In this document: one piece after another, positions 41,824 through 52,831 of the stretch
How positions within the stretch are numbered: the stretch's first letter is position 1
Layout of the letters: each line of letters begins with the position of its first letter
Source of the DNA: Acholeplasmataceae bacterium
GTDB taxonomy: Bacteria > Bacillota_I > Bacilli_A > Acholeplasmatales > Acholeplasmataceae
Assembly (NCBI GenBank): GCA_963667565.1
Contig: OY763415.1
Coordinates: forward strand, 1,152,001-1,216,000
Direction of reading: 5' to 3'
DNA: 64,000 nucleotides
Notes under the pieces: model-generated
Database searches by the model: none
The model's input: only the letters and a program-made list of their open reading frames with translations
Told to the model about the DNA's origin: nothing
Translations under genes and position numbers: made by a program

Positions 41824-44820
41824 TTATGCAGGATTTATGATGTTTAAGAGTACAGTTTCGTTATAAAGATCAGAAACTGCAATGATTTGATCTGGTACAA
41901 TACCAAATTCATTACTTTCATATACAAAAGGATCAGCTTCTGTACCACTGCCACTTACGATATATGCATTGATTGAATTTGAACTTGTTGTGAATGCTGT
42001 ACCATTAGGCAATAAGATTGGTGTGATTGAACAAGCACCACCACCTGATTGTTGACCAATCACTAAACCTAAGTTATTTTCTTTAAAAATGGTTGCCATT
42101 TCATTTGCAGCACTAAATGTGACTGTTGATGTGAGTAATGACCAATTTAATTGACTATAACTGTCGATACCTTCAATTCTTACATAAGATGTAGAAACAC
42201 TACCTGTTGATCGATTCATTCTTGAAGTCTTAAATGCTTGATCTGTAATAAAACCAACAACTCTATAAAGTGCTCCAATATTACCACCCATATTCCAAGA
42301 TAGATCTAGAGTAACATTTGCAAGATTTGGTGCTTCTGCTGACATTGTTTCTAACATGATTTCCATGTAAACTGCGCTGTCTGCGATAACCGTATCGATC
42401 ATACTCATTTCAAATGGAACTACATTGTCAACTAATCCACTATCATAAATACCAACATAGAACAATCCATAAGTTTCATCAAACGATACTTGAACAGTGT
42501 AGGTTACATCATTTACAGTTTTAGCATAATATAGAGTTGACTCACTATCTGTAGATGCAGTATAACCTAATGCGACAAGTGCATTTTGATATGTTTGAAC
42601 ATATGTACTATCTAAACCTTTAACTAAAATTTCTAAAGATCTATTTGTATCAGTGCTATTGTTGTAGAAGAAATATTTATTTCCTCCATCTACTGCTGGT
42701 AAGACATCTGTTGCACTCAATAAATTTAATGCGTCACTTGTATAAGCATCACTATAAGTCGCACTTTCTTCAATATCAGATGTATTAAAATCATCAAGTG
42801 TAAGTACTGCACTTGTTTTTTCATCATCTAAGAACCAATAATATGGTCTATATCCAGCATTTGCATTCCATCCAGATGCTGCTTCACCCCATTTAACACC
42901 TATAGCATCATCAACAGCCACTAATCCTTTATACCAATCATTAAATCTTGGTCCATAGTTAGCCAGTGAAGACGTTGCAGGTCCTGAGTAGTTCGCAACG
43001 TTGAAATATGAAGGATATCCATATGAAGTATGTGGTTCATCTAACCCTTTGAGTAAGACTTTGCTGATTGCATCGTCTACTTTATACGCTCTAGCATCTA
43101 GTAAATCATCCATATAGACTGCAAGTTTATCATAATATGTATTGACTTCCATAATATCTTTTAATCCATAGAAATAATCAAGATCAAATGCGAACATGTT
43201 ATATGTATGAACTAATAAGTCTGATGGAATAGATGTTGCTTGCATCGTTGAATCCATCATTTGAGCATATTCATCACTATCTTCACTTGGCAATGAATAA
43301 ATACCATATAAAGCATCGTAATTGTAATAAACATTATAATAGCTTGAACCCGCAAATAATTGATTAACTAAATAATAAGGAAGAACAACATCGCCTTCAT
43401 AAACTGCCATATCTAAGTTATACATATTTAAGTCATAAAATACATCATGACCCTCTTGGTAATAAGCATTTGGATTTTCGTTGTCATAAACAATGTGTCG
43501 TCCATAGTTTGTAGCAGTTGAATACACATATGCCCAATAAAAACCTGGATCATTTGTTGTTATTGTATTCGTATTTGAATCTAGAATACAAATTAAATCG
43601 TATGTGTAATCCTCTTCAGCATCATAATAGAAATACTCAAGTGTTAACACACCATTATCTGTTGAATCTGTGATTGTAATACTTGGATCAATAAATCCTT
43701 GCAATAAAGTGAAGAAATCCATCACTTTTACATATGGAACATAACCATTTTCTTCAAAGTATAACGTCAATGAACTGTCTGCAACATCATATTCAGGTGT
43801 TGTGTTATAGAAATTGACTACTCTTGAATTTGTAATGGTGACATCATCCACTAAATTTAAATCCACTGTATATGTTTTGGTTTCTGATAACCCATTAAGT
43901 GAATAAATAATGGTGACAGATGCTTGTGTTGTTGTATCACCATATCTTACAGGTAAAACGACACCAGTTTTAGAAATATAATCAGATGTTGAATACCATA
44001 AAATAGACGTTCCATTAATTCTACCTGAACTAGGTATATTTAAATTGTATTCTGAGTTATAGAAATTATCTTCAACGTCTGTAATATCAGCTTGTAATCT
44101 TTGTGCATCTGCTGCATCAATCCATTTTGCATAAAGTGTTACATCTGCAGAGATTTGTGTTGAAAAATCAAACGCTTTTGATGGATTTGATTCTACATAC
44201 CAAAAATCAAAAATATAACCATCTTTTGTTGGATCTTCTGGTTCAATTGCTACTTGATGAATAGCAACCAATTGCGATTCAACACTTGAACCACCATCAG
44301 TATCGAAAGCAACTGTAAATGTTTCTGGTGCCCAATAAGCATTTAATGTCAAGTTTGACGTGATTGGTGTGTTAAAATCAAACGCTTGATTTTCATCACT
44401 TAGATACCAATAATCAAAGACGCTTTCTGCTTTAGTTGGCATATCAGGTGCTGTGATTGTTCTACCTGAAATGACTTTGATGTCACTAACATCAGACCCA
44501 CCATTTGAATTGAAACTCACAACCATTAAATCAGCATCAGCTACCCATAGTGCAGTAATCGTTAAATCACTTGTTACAGGTGTATCAAAATCAAAGGGTT
44601 GATCTTGATTTGCTTGATACCAATAGTTAAATACATATCCGTCACGACTAGGGTCATCAGGTATAGTTATTAGTCCGTTTTCTAAAACTTCTTGACTCAT
44701 AACAGCTGTACCACCTAGTGTGTCAAATGTTACAGTATATGATTTATCCCCACATGATGCTAAAACAACTAAAAATAGCATCATAAATGTGATACTTATC
44801 ATTTTCTTTATATATTTCAC
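41824..44820 (-). CDS. S41 family peptidase lipoprotein with three InlB B-repeats
   Basis: Lipobox LASC; DEPHT, LDLSWNMGG, TFSAAN, IGQQSGGG; GTG start after GGAGG. Confidence 0.82.
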   Translation of the reverse strand: MKYIKKMISITFMMLFLVVLASCGDKSYTVTFDTLGGTAVMSQEVLENGLITIPDDPSRDGYVFNYWYQANQDQPFDFDTPVTSDLTITALWVADADLMVVSFNSNGGSDVSDIKVISGRTITAPDMPTKAESVFDYWYLSDENQAFDFNTPITSNLTLNAYWAPETFTVAFDTDGGSSVESQLVAIHQVAIEPEDPTKDGYIFDFWYVESNPSKAFDFSTQISADVTLYAKWIDAADAQRLQADITDVEDNFYNSEYNLNIPSSGRINGTSILWYSTSDYISKTGVVLPVRYGDTTTQASVTIIYSLNGLSETKTYTVDLNLVDDVTITNSRVVNFYNTTPEYDVADSSLTLYFEENGYVPYVKVMDFFTLLQGFIDPSITITDSTDNGVLTLEYFYYDAEEDYTYDLICILDSNTNTITTNDPGFYWAYVYSTATNYGRHIVYDNENPNAYYQEGHDVFYDLNMYNLDMAVYEGDVVLPYYLVNQLFAGSSYYNVYYNYDALYGIYSLPSEDSDEYAQMMDSTMQATSIPSDLLVHTYNMFAFDLDYFYGLKDIMEVNTYYDKLAVYMDDLLDARAYKVDDAISKVLLKGLDEPHTSYGYPSYFNVANYSGPATSSLANYGPRFNDWYKGLVAVDDAIGVKWGEAASGWNANAGYRPYYWFLDDEKTSAVLTLDDFNTSDIEESATYSDAYTSDALNLLSATDVLPAVDGGNKYFFYNNSTDTNRSLEILVKGLDSTYVQTYQNALVALGYTASTDSESTLYYAKTVNDVTYTVQVSFDETYGLFYVGIYDSGLVDNVVPFEMSMIDTVIADSAVYMEIMLETMSAEAPNLANVTLDLSWNMGGNIGALYRVVGFITDQAFKTSRMNRSTGSVSTSYVRIEGIDSYSQLNWSLLTSTVTFSAANEMATIFKENNLGLVIGQQSGGGACSITPILLPNGTAFTTSSNSINAYIVSGSGTEADPFVYESNEFGIVPDQIIAVSDLYNETVLLNIINPA

Positions 44821-44963
44821 ACTTCTTCCTCCATTGTTAAAAATTATTTATTACAATATTATATCAATATTGTTATGGTGTCAAGCAAAACTTATCATTT
44901 ACGGCTTAAATAAAAGAAAAACCTAACACAAATGTGGTAGGTTTTAATCTTATAAAAAGTATT

Positions 44964-47900
44964 TTATTCTGCTTCTTCAGGAATTGAATAATCCATTGCA
45001 GCATATCTTTGATACATTGCCCAACGTTTCTTAGCATTGTATAAGTTAAGTTCAAGAAGTTCAGCAGCATGATCAGGATTGATTTGTGCTAATTGAGAGA
45101 ATCTTGCTTCATTTAATAAGAAGTCATGATATTTATCCCATACTGGTGGACGAGAATCAATTTGGAATGGATTCTTGCCTTCTTCTTCTCTACGTGGGTC
45201 AAATCTAAATGTTGGCCAATAACCACATTGAGTTGCTAATTTAGCTTGTGCAAATGAATTCGTTAATCCACCTTTAATACCATGTTCAATACATGGTGCA
45301 TAAGCGATAATAATTGATGGTCCTTCGTAACTTTCAGCTTCTTTAAGTGCTTTAACAACTTGCGCTGGTGATGCACCATGAGAAATTTGAGCTACATAAA
45401 CGTGTCCATAACTCATCGCGATTGCAGATAAGTCTTTACGTTTGTTTGGTTTACCAGCAGCAGTAAATTTTGCAATTGATCCTACTGGAGCAGCTTTAGA
45501 TGATTGACCACCTGTATTTGAATAAACTTCAGTGTCAAGAACTAAAATATTAACGTCTTCGTTATTAGCGATAACGTGGTCAAGTCCACCATAACCGATG
45601 TCATAAGCCCAACCATCTCCACCAATAATCCATTGTGATACTTTAGCAAAGTAGTCTTTTAATGTTAATAATTCACGTGCATAAGGTGCATCAACTTTTT
45701 CAAGTTCAACAACCATTTCTTTTTTAATCTTTTTAGTTTCTTGTGCACTCTTTCTATTTTCAATCCAACTTTGAGCCAATGCTCTTAATTGTTCTGGCAT
45801 TTCATCTAAATGAGATGCTAATAAAGTTTGTACTCTATCTCTCATTGTTTCATAAGCAATCTTCATACCGAAACCAAATTCAGCATTATCTTCAAATAAT
45901 GAGTTTGCCCAAGCAGGTCCAAAACCTTCTTTATTGGTTGTATATGGAGTTGATGGGAAAGAACCACCATAAATTGATGTACATCCTGTTGTATTCGCAA
46001 TCACTAAATGATCACCAAACATTTGTGTTAATGCTTTGATATATGGTGTTTCACCACATCCAGCACATGCACCAGAGAATTCAAATAATGGTTGTTGGAA
46101 ACTTAAGTTCTTAGGACTATCAACACCTAAATCTTTGTAAGTCACTTCATGGAAGAAATAATCTGCAGTTTGTTGAGAACCTTTAGCAAGTTCATCACCA
46201 ATTGGTACCATTGCTAAAGATTTTTCAGGTGTAGGACATACTTGAACACAGACACCACATTCAGTACAATCAAGTGTTGATACTTGAATAGAGAATTTCA
46301 TGCCTTCTAATCCTTTACCTTTAGCATTAATCATCTTAGCACCTTCTGGAGCATTAGCTGCTTCAGTTTCAGTTGCTAAGAATCCACGAATAACACCATG
46401 AGGACATGCGAAGACGCATTGATTACATTGAATACAGTTTTCATTTCTCCATTCTGGAACATAGTTCGCAATACCACGTTTTTCGTATCTTGTAGAACCA
46501 TTTTCCATATGAGCATCTTCATAACCTAAGAATGCAGATACTGGAAGTGAATCACCTTCAATCGCATTAACGACATCAGCAATCTTCTTCACATAATCTG
46601 GTCTAGATAAATCTTCAACTTGAGGTGCATCTTCTAATGCAACCCAATTAGGATTTACTTCAACTTCTACTAAGTTTTCATAACCAGCATCGATAGCTTG
46701 TTCGTTTAATAAAACGATTGTGTCACCTTTACGGCCATATGTTTTCTTAGCATATTCTTTCATGTATTTGTTAGCTTCTTCAGCTGGCATTAAATGCGCA
46801 TTTAATTTAAAGAATGCAGATTGCATAATTGTATTAATACGACGACCTAATCCAATTTCATAAGCTAAATCAACTGCATTAATAATATAGAATTTAGCTT
46901 TCTTTTGAGCAAGTTGACGTTTAACTTTATTTGGTAATAAATCTTCAATTTGATCTGCAGGAGTTTGTGTGTTTAGTAGGAATGTTCCACCTTTTTTCAA
47001 ACCTTTAAGCATATCATATTTAGTAAGATAAGTATCTGTTGAACATGATACAAAATCTGGATAGTTAACTAAGAATGTAGAACGAATTGGCTTATCAGAG
47101 AAACGTAAATGCATACGTGTAACCCCACCAGCTTTTTTAGAGTCATAAGACGCATAGGCTTGAGAGTATAATTCTGTATGGTCACCAACAATTTTAGTGA
47201 TGTTCTTAGAAGCACCAACGGTACCATCAGAACCTAAACCAAAGAATAATAATTCTGTTGTTTTATTTTCTGTAATTTCTAATGATTTGTCATATGATAA
47301 TGATGAGAAAGTCACATCATCTTCAATACCAATTGTGAAACTATCTTTTTGTTCGCCTGCTAAGTTTTCAAATACTGATACTAACATTGCAGATGTTGTA
47401 TCTTTAGATGATAAACCATAACGACCACCAATGATCTTAGGTTGATTTTCAGCACCATAATATACAGATTTAACATCTAAGAATAATGGTTCGCCGATAG
47501 AACCTGGTTCAATAGTTCTGTCTAAAACAGCAATTTTATTCACTGTTTTTGGCATTGCATCTAAGAAATATTTAATGCTAAATGGACGGTATAAATGTAC
47601 AGTCAATAAACCGACTTTTTTACCTTGAGCTCTTAAATGATCAACTGTTTGTTGAGCTGATTCACATACAGAACCCATCGCAATAATCACATCAGTTGCT
47701 TCTGGATCACCATAGAACACGAAAGGTGCATAAGGTCTTCCAGTAACTTTTGAAATTTCTTGCATGTACTCATTAACGATATCAGGTACTTGAGCATAAT
47801 GAGTTGATTGTAATACTCTTGTTTGGAAATAAACATCATCTGATTGAGCTGTACCACGAGTTACAGGTCTTTCTGGATTTAATCCAATACTTCTAAATTT

Positions 47901-48509
47901 AGCAAGTGCATCTCGATCTAACAAACGATCAAACACTTCATAATCCATTACTTCAATAGATTGAACTTCATGAGATGTTCTAAATCCATCAAAGAAATGC
48001 ATAAATGGAATACTTGACTTAATTGCTGCTAAATGGGCAATACCTGCTAAGTCCATTGATGATTGAACACCTGTTGATGCTAATAATGCAAACCCTGTTT
48101 GACGTGCTGCCATAACATCTTGATGATCACCAAAGATTGAAAGAGCTTGAGCTGCTAAGCTTCTTGCTGCAATATGGAAAACACCTGGTAATAACTGACC
48201 AGCTATCTTATACATATTAGGAACTTTCAATAATAAACCTTGTGATGCTGTAAATGTTGTTGTTAAAACACCCATTTGTAATGAACCATGAACTGTACCT
48301 GCAGCTCCTGCTTCACTTTGCATTTCTACAACTTTTACTGGCATCCCAAATAAATTCTTTTTACCCTGTGAAGCCCAAAGGTCAACATTTTGTGCCATTG
48401 GTGAAGATGGTGTAATTGGGTAAATACCTGCAACTTCTGTGAATGCATAAGCACAGTATGCAGCTGCTTCGTTTCCGTCCATGGATTTAATCACTTTTTT
48501 CGCTACCAT
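44964..48509 (-). CDS. nifJ: Pyruvate:ferredoxin (flavodoxin) oxidoreductase
   Basis: YPITPSS, CIQCNQC, CTECGVC, GACAGCGE, GGDGWAYDIG. Confidence 0.97.
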   Translation of the reverse strand: MVAKKVIKSMDGNEAAAYCAYAFTEVAGIYPITPSSPMAQNVDLWASQGKKNLFGMPVKVVEMQSEAGAAGTVHGSLQMGVLTTTFTASQGLLLKVPNMYKIAGQLLPGVFHIAARSLAAQALSIFGDHQDVMAARQTGFALLASTGVQSSMDLAGIAHLAAIKSSIPFMHFFDGFRTSHEVQSIEVMDYEVFDRLLDRDALAKFRSIGLNPERPVTRGTAQSDDVYFQTRVLQSTHYAQVPDIVNEYMQEISKVTGRPYAPFVFYGDPEATDVIIAMGSVCESAQQTVDHLRAQGKKVGLLTVHLYRPFSIKYFLDAMPKTVNKIAVLDRTIEPGSIGEPLFLDVKSVYYGAENQPKIIGGRYGLSSKDTTSAMLVSVFENLAGEQKDSFTIGIEDDVTFSSLSYDKSLEITENKTTELLFFGLGSDGTVGASKNITKIVGDHTELYSQAYASYDSKKAGGVTRMHLRFSDKPIRSTFLVNYPDFVSCSTDTYLTKYDMLKGLKKGGTFLLNTQTPADQIEDLLPNKVKRQLAQKKAKFYIINAVDLAYEIGLGRRINTIMQSAFFKLNAHLMPAEEANKYMKEYAKKTYGRKGDTIVLLNEQAIDAGYENLVEVEVNPNWVALEDAPQVEDLSRPDYVKKIADVVNAIEGDSLPVSAFLGYEDAHMENGSTRYEKRGIANYVPEWRNENCIQCNQCVFACPHGVIRGFLATETEAANAPEGAKMINAKGKGLEGMKFSIQVSTLDCTECGVCVQVCPTPEKSLAMVPIGDELAKGSQQTADYFFHEVTYKDLGVDSPKNLSFQQPLFEFSGACAGCGETPYIKALTQMFGDHLVIANTTGCTSIYGGSFPSTPYTTNKEGFGPAWANSLFEDNAEFGFGMKIAYETMRDRVQTLLASHLDEMPEQLRALAQSWIENRKSAQETKKIKKEMVVELEKVDAPYARELLTLKDYFAKVSQWIIGGDGWAYDIGYGGLDHVIANNEDVNILVLDTEVYSNTGGQSSKAAPVGSIAKFTAAGKPNKRKDLSAIAMSYGHVYVAQISHGASPAQVVKALKEAESYEGPSIIIAYAPCIEHGIKGGLTNSFAQAKLATQCGYWPTFRFDPRREEEGKNPFQIDSRPPVWDKYHDFLLNEARFSQLAQINPDHAAELLELNLYNAKKRWAMYQRYAAMDYSIPEEAE

Positions 48510-48526
48510 AAACAAACCTCCATATT

Positions 48527-48982
48527 CTATTCTAAGACTTTTAAAATATCATAAGCATTCTCTTTTGGAGATGCTTTTTCGAACACATGTGTGATGATAC
48601 CTTCTTCATTTAAAACAAATGTAGAACGACTCACACCCATATATTTTTTACCATACATACTTTTTTCTACATAGACACCAAATTGATTGATGACTTCAAG
48701 ATGCTCATCTGATAATAATAGGAAAGGTAATTCAAAACTATCAATGAATTTTTGATGGCTTTTTTGACTGTCTTTACTAATGCCAATGACAACGACACCT
48801 CTTTTTTCAAACTCATCATATGTATCTCTAAATGCACATGCTTGAGTCGTACATCCTGGTGTGTTATCTTTTGGATAAAAATAAATGACAACACGTTTTC
48901 CTAAAAAATCTTTAAGCTGATGCATATTGCCTTTTGCATCTGGTAAATTAAAATTATTTACTTTTGCACCTACATCAAGCAT
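48527..48982 (-). CDS. bcp: Peroxiredoxin Bcp/PrxQ
   Basis: FYPKDNTPGCTTQAC. Confidence 0.94.
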   Translation of the reverse strand: MLDVGAKVNNFNLPDAKGNMHQLKDFLGKRVVIYFYPKDNTPGCTTQACAFRDTYDEFEKRGVVVIGISKDSQKSHQKFIDSFELPFLLLSDEHLEVINQFGVYVEKSMYGKKYMGVSRSTFVLNEEGIITHVFEKASPKENAYDILKVLE

Positions 48983-49199
48983 AAAATCATCCTCTTTTTG
49001 GTATTCGTCTTTAACCATTATTCATTATAACCCATTTTATAAGTTTTTTTAACCCTTTTTTTACTTTTTTCCATAGTTTCTCATACTTTGATTAAAAAAC
49101 CGTAATCTACCTTATTTTTCTTATAAACACAGTCAGTAGTGTTAAAGATTTTATTTAATAAAATAAAAAGAATGCTCGATAGCATTCTTATTTTTTTAA

Positions 49200-49283
49200 T
49201 GGTGCGGGTGACAGGATTTGAACCTGCACGCCATAGGCGCTAGATCCTAAGTCTAGTGCGTCTGCCAATTTCGCCACACCCGC
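49200..49283 (-). tRNA. tRNA-Leu (TAG)
   Basis: GCGGGTG acceptor, CTAGA-CTTAGGA-TCTAG anticodon arm, long variable arm, encoded CCA. Confidence 0.96.
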
Positions 49284-49340
49284 GCAAGAAGAATTATACT
49301 CTATTTTAAATAAATAGTCAATTCTTTTTGCACCCTAAAT

Positions 49341-50885
49341 CTATTTCTTTTTTCTTAATACAATAAATACAGTTATCCCAATCAATGGAATTATTCCTAA
49401 ACCATAATACCAATGATCTATCCATGTGTTTTGATTACTTACATCTACTAATATCCTTGAAGTGTAATCTATGCCGTTTAGTTGATATGAAAAATATACA
49501 TAGTAAGAACCTTCATTATCTTCGTGATCTAAATATTCATTATATAATATAGATACATTTTCAATATTTTGATTTTGCGAACTCATATAATTTTTAAAAT
49601 ATACAATCATATCTGTTTCATTCATCACTTCTGTAGACATCAAATTTATAATAGGTTCATCATACTCAAAAATTGGTGCTTGATTATCAATTACATGGAT
49701 GAATGATTGATATGTTCCTATGTTTTGATGTTCGTCACTTGCTTGTAACAAAACTTCATAAACTCCAGCGTTTGTTGTTTGTAAATACTGATCAGATAAG
49801 ATAGTAATCGTAACATTTTGGTCTACATCATCACTTGCACTAAACAAGTCTAGAATTTCTATTGTTGATAAGGGTTGATCATCAGTATATAGAAAAATTT
49901 GATCAGGGCCAAAAATAGTAGGTGCAGTATCATCATTAATATTTACAACAAATGAATCATAGGCTGTATTACCAGCGTGATCAGTGACACTAAAATAAAC
50001 TGTATATGATCCTATTGTATGAGCTGTTGAATAATCTTCTTGTTCAATTAAAATATCACCTTGATTAAGTATATCGACATTATCAGTGATTGTAAATTGA
50101 TTAAATAATTCCATAAGCGATGGTTCATTCCCATAAGTGACATCAATGACATCAGGACCTAAGATGATAGGTGCTTCTTTATCAATAATAATGATTGATA
50201 ACATCAAATACTTCTTGATATGATTAAGTTCGGACATAAGCATTAATTCATAAGTACCTGCCATTTTATCACTATCAAAATAATTATCGCTTGTGATGCT
50301 ATAATCTAAAACTTGATGATTTGAATCATAAGCGTGAATCAAATCAAACAATTGTTCTTCTGTCATCTGTTGATCATAACTCATCGTGATTTCAGCATGA
50401 TCAACTCTATTAAATGTTGTATCTAAAAAGGGCTCGAATCCCGGAAATTGATCATAGGATCCATGATATAAAATAACTTCATAGTTTGGATTTATATTAT
50501 CAATATCAAAAGGCATACTAAAGACTGTAAAATCATCTTGAGGCTGAAATTCCACATAAACTCTTTGGTTGACTTCATCATCAAGATACGCATAAACAAA
50601 AGGAACAGCATCAGGGCCCACTTCTATTTCCAATTCTTTACTTCTTACTTCACTTAAGTGGTCACCTAAGTAATCATAGGACATCACTAAAGTATACGTA
50701 TCATTTGGTGTGATGTCATAAATATCATCACAATATCCATCAATGGTAAATCTTGTCTTTTTAAATCTTGATAAATTAATATAATTTCTAAAATCATTTG
50801 GTGTCTGATTTTCTAAAGCGAAAGTTTCACCAATACTCATAACCACCAATAAACAAAACAGTATTAATAATATTATTTTTTTCAT
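49341..50885 (-). CDS. Surface protein with tandem Ig-like repeats and C-terminal TM anchor
   Basis: Signal peptide; repeated D..AP.I.G / A.D.VD / G.Y.V motifs; TM followed by RKKK. Confidence 0.78.
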   Translation of the reverse strand: MKKIILLILFCLLVVMSIGETFALENQTPNDFRNYINLSRFKKTRFTIDGYCDDIYDITPNDTYTLVMSYDYLGDHLSEVRSKELEIEVGPDAVPFVYAYLDDEVNQRVYVEFQPQDDFTVFSMPFDIDNINPNYEVILYHGSYDQFPGFEPFLDTTFNRVDHAEITMSYDQQMTEEQLFDLIHAYDSNHQVLDYSITSDNYFDSDKMAGTYELMLMSELNHIKKYLMLSIIIIDKEAPIILGPDVIDVTYGNEPSLMELFNQFTITDNVDILNQGDILIEQEDYSTAHTIGSYTVYFSVTDHAGNTAYDSFVVNINDDTAPTIFGPDQIFLYTDDQPLSTIEILDLFSASDDVDQNVTITILSDQYLQTTNAGVYEVLLQASDEHQNIGTYQSFIHVIDNQAPIFEYDEPIINLMSTEVMNETDMIVYFKNYMSSQNQNIENVSILYNEYLDHEDNEGSYYVYFSYQLNGIDYTSRILVDVSNQNTWIDHWYYGLGIIPLIGITVFIVLRKKK

Positions 50886-51003
50886 TTTTAACGCCTCCTA
50901 ACACATAATAGGTGATAACTAAATAAATTACTTGTTAAAAAGCATTGTACAAAAAACAAATTTACGCAGATGATATACTTTAAGTAAATAGGAGGTTTTA
51001 CAT

Positions 51004-51126
51004 ATGTCATTTCAAGCTTATATAGACAATATTACAAAAGCCATAATAAAAACACCTCCATATATCAATTATATAGAAGTGTATGTTATTTTGTTATTAA
51101 CCCTCTTTTTTTATAGTATCTACTAA
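51004..51126 (+). pseudogene. 40-codon ORF beginning like a DUF4287 protein (remnant or small peptide)
   Basis: AGGAGGT RBS; MSFQAYIDNITKAIIKTP... then an unrelated hydrophobic tail. Confidence 0.4.
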
Positions 51127-51163
51127 ATGGGGTTCAGTCTATTGTTCTCTATCTTTTTCTTTA

Positions 51164-52246
51164 TCACGAGAATTTATCGTAATATACATTTTCTTCTTTA
51201 ATATCGTGTTTATTTAACACATTAATACATGCGTTAATCATTCCCGGTGACCCACATAAATATGCTTCACTTTTTGATAAATCGCCTGTTAATCTGTCTA
51301 AGACATCCGTGATAAGTCCAACTTCACCTTTCCAGTTATCACCTTCATCAGGTGCTGATAATGCTGGAATATACTCAAAATTTGGATATTCTTTTTGTAG
51401 TTCAAGAAATTCTTCTGTGTAATATAAATCTTTTACGGATTTTGCCCCAAAGAAATATTGAACTTTTCTAGGCATTCCTAAAGCTTTTAATCTAAATAAG
51501 ATTGAACGAATAGGTGCTTTCCCAGAACCACCAGCAATACATACAATCGGTTTATCTGAATCTTCTTGTAAGAAGAAATCACCAAATGGACCAATTAATG
51601 TTGCTTTATCGCCAACTTTTAATGCTTTATGAACATATGTGGTTGCTTGTCCATTTGGAACCAAACGAATAAGCATTTCGACATAATCGGTATGTGCAGG
51701 ATCTGATGCAAGAGAATATGCGCGAATCACTTCAATCCCTGGCACTTTAATTTGCATATATTGTCCAGGTTTGAAATCAACATGATTTGGATCTTTTAAT
51801 TCAAATCTCACACGTTTAATATCATATGTTAAATCTTCCATTTCAGATACAACTGTTTTAAACTCTTTAGCGGTTAATAAACCTGGGGGTAATACGATTT
51901 GCATTTTATCTTTGACTTTAACTTGACAAGACAAACGTACACCTTCTTCAATCTCTTCTTGAGATAAAAATGGTTCTTCTGTTGGTTTAACACCTGGAAC
52001 GTCATCAAGTAGTCTAAATTTACAAAATCCACAAGTTGCTTTTCCACCACAAGCTGATGGAATATATACTTCATTTTGTGCTAAAGTTGATAATACTGAA
52101 TCATCACCATATACGACCATTTGTGTATCACTGTTTACAGTGATTGTTTTTTCTTGACTACCTCCGAAGATGTAGTCAAGTAGAATAAGTACACCTGTGA
52201 TCAGTAGTAATATACCTATGATGATGAGTGGTAAAAATATATTCAT
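51164..52246 (-). CDS. nqrF: NqrF-like NADH-oxidising subunit (TM, 2Fe-2S, FAD/NAD domains)
   Basis: SACGGKATCGFC...RLSCQ, RAYSLAS, AGGSG, YLCGSPGM. Confidence 0.82.
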   Translation of the reverse strand: MNIFLPLIIIGILLLITGVLILLDYIFGGSQEKTITVNSDTQMVVYGDDSVLSTLAQNEVYIPSACGGKATCGFCKFRLLDDVPGVKPTEEPFLSQEEIEEGVRLSCQVKVKDKMQIVLPPGLLTAKEFKTVVSEMEDLTYDIKRVRFELKDPNHVDFKPGQYMQIKVPGIEVIRAYSLASDPAHTDYVEMLIRLVPNGQATTYVHKALKVGDKATLIGPFGDFFLQEDSDKPIVCIAGGSGKAPIRSILFRLKALGMPRKVQYFFGAKSVKDLYYTEEFLELQKEYPNFEYIPALSAPDEGDNWKGEVGLITDVLDRLTGDLSKSEAYLCGSPGMINACINVLNKHDIKEENVYYDKFS

Positions 52247-52258
52247 TTGTCTACCTCC

Positions 52259-52828
52259 TTAGAATGATAAGCCTCTAAAACCAGCAAAAGCAAGTGCTAA
52301 AATACCTAAAATAACAAACACGATTGCTTTGCCTCTTAAACCTTTAGGTAAATTACCGTAAATTGCAAGTTTTTCTCTAATTGATGCTACAAGTACAATT
52401 GCAAGTAACCACCCTACTGATGAGCCGAACGCAAAGACAGCTGTTTCACCATAGTTATAATCTCTATTAACAAAGAATTGACTGACGGCTAAAACGACAC
52501 AGTTTACGGTAATCAGTGGTAAATAAATACCAAATGCTGAATAAAGTGATGGTAAATATTTTTCTAATAATAATTCTAAAATTTGAACTGTAGCAGCAAT
52601 TGTAATGATAAATGCTAATAAACTTACATCTTCTGTTCCAGTCATTTTTAATAATTGATAAATTGGATAATTAATGACTGCAGTTAGTGTAACAACTAAC
52701 ACAACTGCTAATCCCATACCACGCGCGTTTTTAACGTTTGTTGATATCGCAATCAGTGGACACATACCTAAAATTAAGGTTAAAGCAATATTATTACTTA
52801 ATATCGAATTAATTAATAGTTCTAACAT
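52259..52828 (-). CDS. nqrE: NqrE/RnfA family subunit (Cys intact)
   Basis: LGMCPLIA, YLPLITVNC, IREK, PKGLRG. Confidence 0.82.
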   Translation of the reverse strand: MLELLINSILSNNIALTLILGMCPLIAISTNVKNARGMGLAVVLVVTLTAVINYPIYQLLKMTGTEDVSLLAFIITIAATVQILELLLEKYLPSLYSAFGIYLPLITVNCVVLAVSQFFVNRDYNYGETAVFAFGSSVGWLLAIVLVASIREKLAIYGNLPKGLRGKAIVFVILGILALAFAGFRGLSF

Positions 52829-52831
52829 CTC

